From NCBI GenBank assembly GCA_002429595.1, contig DJAM01000020.1:39035-103034 (forward strand): 64,000 nucleotides of DNA, given 5' to 3'. The notes beneath the pieces are model-generated. The model was given only the letters and a program-made list of their open reading frames with translations. It was not told where the DNA came from and did not search any database. This DNA is from Coxiellaceae bacterium UBA6002. Its GTDB lineage: Bacteria > Pseudomonadota > Gammaproteobacteria > UBA6002. The position numbers and the translations under genes were made by a program. Each line of letters opens with the position of its first letter. The stretch's first letter is position 1. Shown piece by piece: positions 60,727 to 64,000 of this stretch.

Positions 60727-61181
60727 TTTTCATCCTCCCATAAATGTTTCAAAGAACCTCGTTGTAATTTTTCTTTTAACCGATTTGCCAACTCTTCTTG
60801 AAATTGAGATAAGGTTGCTTGATTTTCTAACCACATAGAGTGCGAAACACGCTTCATGTGTTGTTTGACAATTTTTTCTATTTGTTGGTTCAAAATTGCC
60901 TGCAATGATTCTTTTGGAACAAGTGCATAAACAAGTTCGCAATTCATTGCTTTAGCCACGTCACTTAAAGTATGTAAGGTAATCGCACCTTTCTGTTCTG
61001 CTTCTTCAATTTTGACTACCCTAGAACGGTTTACTCCTAGTCTATTAGCAAGTTGCTTACCTGTCATTCCAAGGGCTTTACGGATGGTTCTTACCCATCC
61101 TTGTCCTGGTCTTGATTGAAGGGTTAACCAAGGGTGAAGTTGGTCATCTAATTGTTTAATTGTTAAATATTTGCTGTTCAT
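60723..61181 (-). CDS. Mobile mystery protein A (XRE HTH)
   Basis: GWVRTIRKALGMT..QLA.RLG, LVYALVP, HSM.LENQ; overlaps the MMB start. Confidence 0.9.
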   Translation of the reverse strand: MNSKYLTIKQLDDQLHPWLTLQSRPGQGWVRTIRKALGMTGKQLANRLGVNRSRVVKIEEAEQKGAITLHTLSDVAKAMNCELVYALVPKESLQAILNQQIEKIVKQHMKRVSHSMWLENQATLSQFQEELANRLKEKLQRGSLKHLWEDEK

Positions 61182-61352
61182 AAATGCCTACATAAACATA
61201 GTCAAATCACACATTATTGATTATATATATGGATCCATAACTTTGCAAGTTGACTACATATATATATTCAGAACTTAGAAAATGTGCTGAGAAAGACAGC
61301 TTGTAAAATCATAAAGCAGCAGTAACCATCTAGGCAGAAGGCTTCTCAATAG

Positions 61353-61670
61353 CTAGGCGTTTGGGTAGGCAATAACGCTATCTTCTAACCACGTTTGAAA
61401 AGCAGTATTGACTGACTTGACCTCTATTTCTGCGATAAAATTGGTATAGTTGATGACTTGCGCTACGGCTTTTTCGACCAAATGTCGTTGGTTTTCGACA
61501 GTCTTTACAATTAAGACCAGTTCATTTCCCATTTTGATTTCACCTTGCCAACGGTATGCGCATTGTATAGGAAACCAATTGGTACACACTGCGATTTTTT
61601 TTTCCAAGAGAATTTGACTGATTGTTCTGGCTTCTTGCTCGTTATTTAGGGTGATATAAAAAAGTTTCAT
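61353..61670 (-). CDS. cutA: Divalent-cation tolerance protein CutA
   Basis: YIT..EA..I...LL, YRWQGEI, IVKT; AAGGA RBS before ATG 61670. Confidence 0.8.
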   Translation of the reverse strand: MKLFYITLNNEQEARTISQILLEKKIAVCTNWFPIQCAYRWQGEIKMGNELVLIVKTVENQRHLVEKAVAQVINYTNFIAEIEVKSVNTAFQTWLEDSVIAYPNA

Positions 61671-61823
61671 ATTGTCCTTAGGGTATTTTGGCTGGTATTT
61701 TAGTATTTTTGATCGTAAGCAAAACAAGAAATCATTGTTCATTTGGAATATATTGTTAATATAAGCTTGTTTTAAAGGCCTTATTTGTCCTTGTCACAAT
61801 TATACTATATTCAAGGAGCCGCC

Positions 61824-62591
61824 ATGCTAAAAAATTCCAATACTTTAAGTTTTCTTATCTTAAGCGCCATTCTAGCGCTTGGCATATTAGGAGGGTCATA
61901 TTTCATTAGTCAGGGGATCCTCGAAAGTAGAGGCAACCGACCTTATATTACTGTCAAAGGCTTGGCCGAACGTTTCGTTAAAGCTGATCTAGCTGTTTGG
62001 AGTATTTCTTATTCAGTGGCAGGCAATGACATTACCGTCATTAATAATGAGTTATTGCGACAACAAATGGTGATTTTACAGTATCTAAAAACAAAAGGAT
62101 TTAAAGACGGTGAAATTTCGTTGGTACCGATTGCACTGACTGATCGGTATGCTACTGATTATGGCAGTAATAAACCCACCGATCGTTATTCCATCAAAGG
62201 TGGTGTCATGGTGAGGTCAAAAAATGTGGATTTAGTCAGTCAAGCCAGTCAAACAACGGGCGAACTTGTGAATCAGGGAATTGCTTTAGGATCGAATGAT
62301 ACTAATCCTAATCCAGCCTATTACTATACTCAACTCAATGCGATTCGACCAGTGATGTTGTCACAAGCAACCCGTAGCGCAAAGCAAGTTGCAACTTCAT
62401 TTGCTAGAGATTCTCAAAGTACATTAGGTTCGATTCGACGTGCTTATCAAGGCATATTTGAAATTTCAAGTCGTGATGCCAGTGGTATTACCGATAGCAA
62501 CGATACCTGGCAATTACGGCGTGATGAACAAAGTTCGATTTATAAGAAAATTAGATTAGTCTCGACGATTGATTATTATTTGAATTCTTAA
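61824..62591 (+). CDS. SIMPL domain (DUF541) protein
   Basis: ITVKGLAERFVKADLAVW, A..FA.DS..LG.IRRA.QG, KKIRLVSTIDYYL. Confidence 0.88.
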   Translation: MLKNSNTLSFLILSAILALGILGGSYFISQGILESRGNRPYITVKGLAERFVKADLAVWSISYSVAGNDITVINNELLRQQMVILQYLKTKGFKDGEISLVPIALTDRYATDYGSNKPTDRYSIKGGVMVRSKNVDLVSQASQTTGELVNQGIALGSNDTNPNPAYYYTQLNAIRPVMLSQATRSAKQVATSFARDSQSTLGSIRRAYQGIFEISSRDASGITDSNDTWQLRRDEQSSIYKKIRLVSTIDYYLNS

Positions 62592-62636
62592 ATTGCGGTG
62601 CTGGTAGGGATTATACTTATAGATAACCTTAATTGT

Positions 62637-62710
62637 TTCATTCCCGCGAAGACGGGAATCCATTCTTCTAACTACTCTTTGCCTGGATTCTTCGCCTTTG
62701 CGGGAATGAC
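62637..62710. repeat. Palindromic REP-like element (dRS3/RPE-type)
   Basis: TCATTCCCGCGAAGACGGGAATCCA...TGGATTCTTCGCCTTTGCGGGAATGAC. Confidence 0.8.
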
Positions 62711-62748
62711 AACATCTCGATTATTTTAATTGTTCAAAGGCAAAAGAA

Positions 62749-63963
62749 ATGGCTAACTATTTACAACTCTCGAGTAACATTAAAGCATGGACTAAATATG
62801 TACCCTTTGCTGACAATGCTCAAGAGCAGGTGAAAAATATTGCCGCGTTGCCGATTATTTTTCATCACATTGCGATTATGCCAGATGTACATTTAGGAGC
62901 AGGTGCGACCGTAGGTTCCGTTATACCAACTAAAAAGGCCGTCATTCCTTCTGCTGTGGGTGTGGATATTGGCTGTGGGATGATGGCGATTCGTACCAAA
63001 CTTTTTGCAGAACAATTACCCGATAATTTAAGTGGATTACGTTCAGCCATCGAAAAGGCAATTCCAGTTGGTTTTGGCAAATGGGATGATGACCATATTC
63101 CGGTTTTAGCGACCAAAATTTGGCAACAACATTTATTGCCAAACTACCGTAGAATACTTGATCGACATCCGACGTTGAGTATCAACAAAAAAACTCAGCA
63201 ACGCATGAAAAATGATGTGAACCAACTAGGAACGTTAGGTGGTGGTAATCATTTTATTGAGATTTGTTTAGATGAACACACCCAAGTTTGGTTGATGCTA
63301 CACAGCGGTTCTCGCGGCGTCGGAAATTGTATCGGTCATTATTTTATCGAGTTAGCAAAGTCTGATATGGCAAAACAACTTGGGACTTTGCCAGATAAAG
63401 AATTAGCTTATTTTTCAGAAGGAACGACGCATTTTGAAGATTACTATTTTGCGGTTAACTGGGCACAAAAATATGCGCAGTATAATCGTAATGTGATGAT
63501 GCAAACTTTAATTAGTACTATCTCAACGTATCTACATTTAACGATTGAAAATGATATCTACGCTGTCAATTGCCACCATAATTATGTTGTCAAAGAACAT
63601 CATTTCGGTGAGCACATTTATGTCACCCGAAAAGGTGCCGTCTCAGCACGCAAAGATGAACTTGGGATTATACCCGGCAGCATGGGTGCGAAATCGTTTA
63701 TTGTCAGAGGACTTGGTAATGAAGAGAGTTTTTGCAGTTGTAGTCACGGTGCCGGCCGAGTGATGTCACGTCATGAAGCAAAGAAAATAATAAGTCTTGC
63801 CGAACATAAACAAGCCACCAAAGGTGTAGAGTGTCGAAAGGATAAAGAGGTGATCGACGAAAGTCCAAGAGCTTATAAAGATATTGATGCAGTGATAAAA
63901 TCACAGGAAGATTTGGTGGAGATTTTGTTTACCTTGCGGCAGGTGTTGTGTGTTAAGGGATAG
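62749..63963 (+). CDS. rtcB: RtcB RNA ligase
   Basis: MPDVHLG, GVDIGCG, GTLGGGNHFIE, HSGSRG, HHNY, RKGA, SHGAGR. Confidence 0.95.
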   Translation: MANYLQLSSNIKAWTKYVPFADNAQEQVKNIAALPIIFHHIAIMPDVHLGAGATVGSVIPTKKAVIPSAVGVDIGCGMMAIRTKLFAEQLPDNLSGLRSAIEKAIPVGFGKWDDDHIPVLATKIWQQHLLPNYRRILDRHPTLSINKKTQQRMKNDVNQLGTLGGGNHFIEICLDEHTQVWLMLHSGSRGVGNCIGHYFIELAKSDMAKQLGTLPDKELAYFSEGTTHFEDYYFAVNWAQKYAQYNRNVMMQTLISTISTYLHLTIENDIYAVNCHHNYVVKEHHFGEHIYVTRKGAVSARKDELGIIPGSMGAKSFIVRGLGNEESFCSCSHGAGRVMSRHEAKKIISLAEHKQATKGVECRKDKEVIDESPRAYKDIDAVIKSQEDLVEILFTLRQVLCVKG

Positions 63964-64000
63964 AATGCGATTTTTTTATTCATCATCGGACAAACGATAA

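Noticed and set aside
688-63904. Many short antisense or nested ORFs in the track (e.g. 21516-21929, 29073-29495, 39923-40327)
   Set aside because: They lie within well-supported genes, have no motifs or RBS, and are consistent with shadow ORFs

Overview
AT-rich gammaproteobacterial DNA that looks Legionellales/Coxiellaceae-like (inferred from pcs plus pmtA, tdh-kbl, effector-like ORFs and mobile mystery A/B). Most genes are housekeeping or stress genes: ettA, ttcA, tdh, kbl, rdgC, pcs, tpx, yajQ, murI, pyrF, cbpA/M, kdsB, queF, rtcB. The most striking structure is a complete iteron-type replicon at 14.8-18.9 kb. It has a Rep_3 initiator, five 15-bp iterons at 21-22 bp spacing, two isolated iterons, an AT-rich tract, parA, parB and a small RHH-like gene. 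It sits among housekeeping genes with no integrase nearby, and flanking genes point away from it, so it is a candidate chromid/second-chromosome origin or a domesticated plasmid replicon. Other notable items: (1) a duplicated ettA 3' end differing only at synonymous sites, each copy followed by a different TA module; (2) an unannotated convergent SxxxEG antitoxin-like ORF facing a Fic gene; (3) a structured GGA-rich candidate CsrA-binding RNA upstream of pmtA; (4) a 942-aa effector-like protein with a plant-IQM-like domain; (5) a SIR2-like gene split at an A8 tract; (6) a shared CTATA(C/G)TTATA promoter-like motif upstream of small stress genes. No rRNA, tRNA, CRISPR array, transposase or integrase was recognised. 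All product calls come from motif recognition by eye, not database searches.
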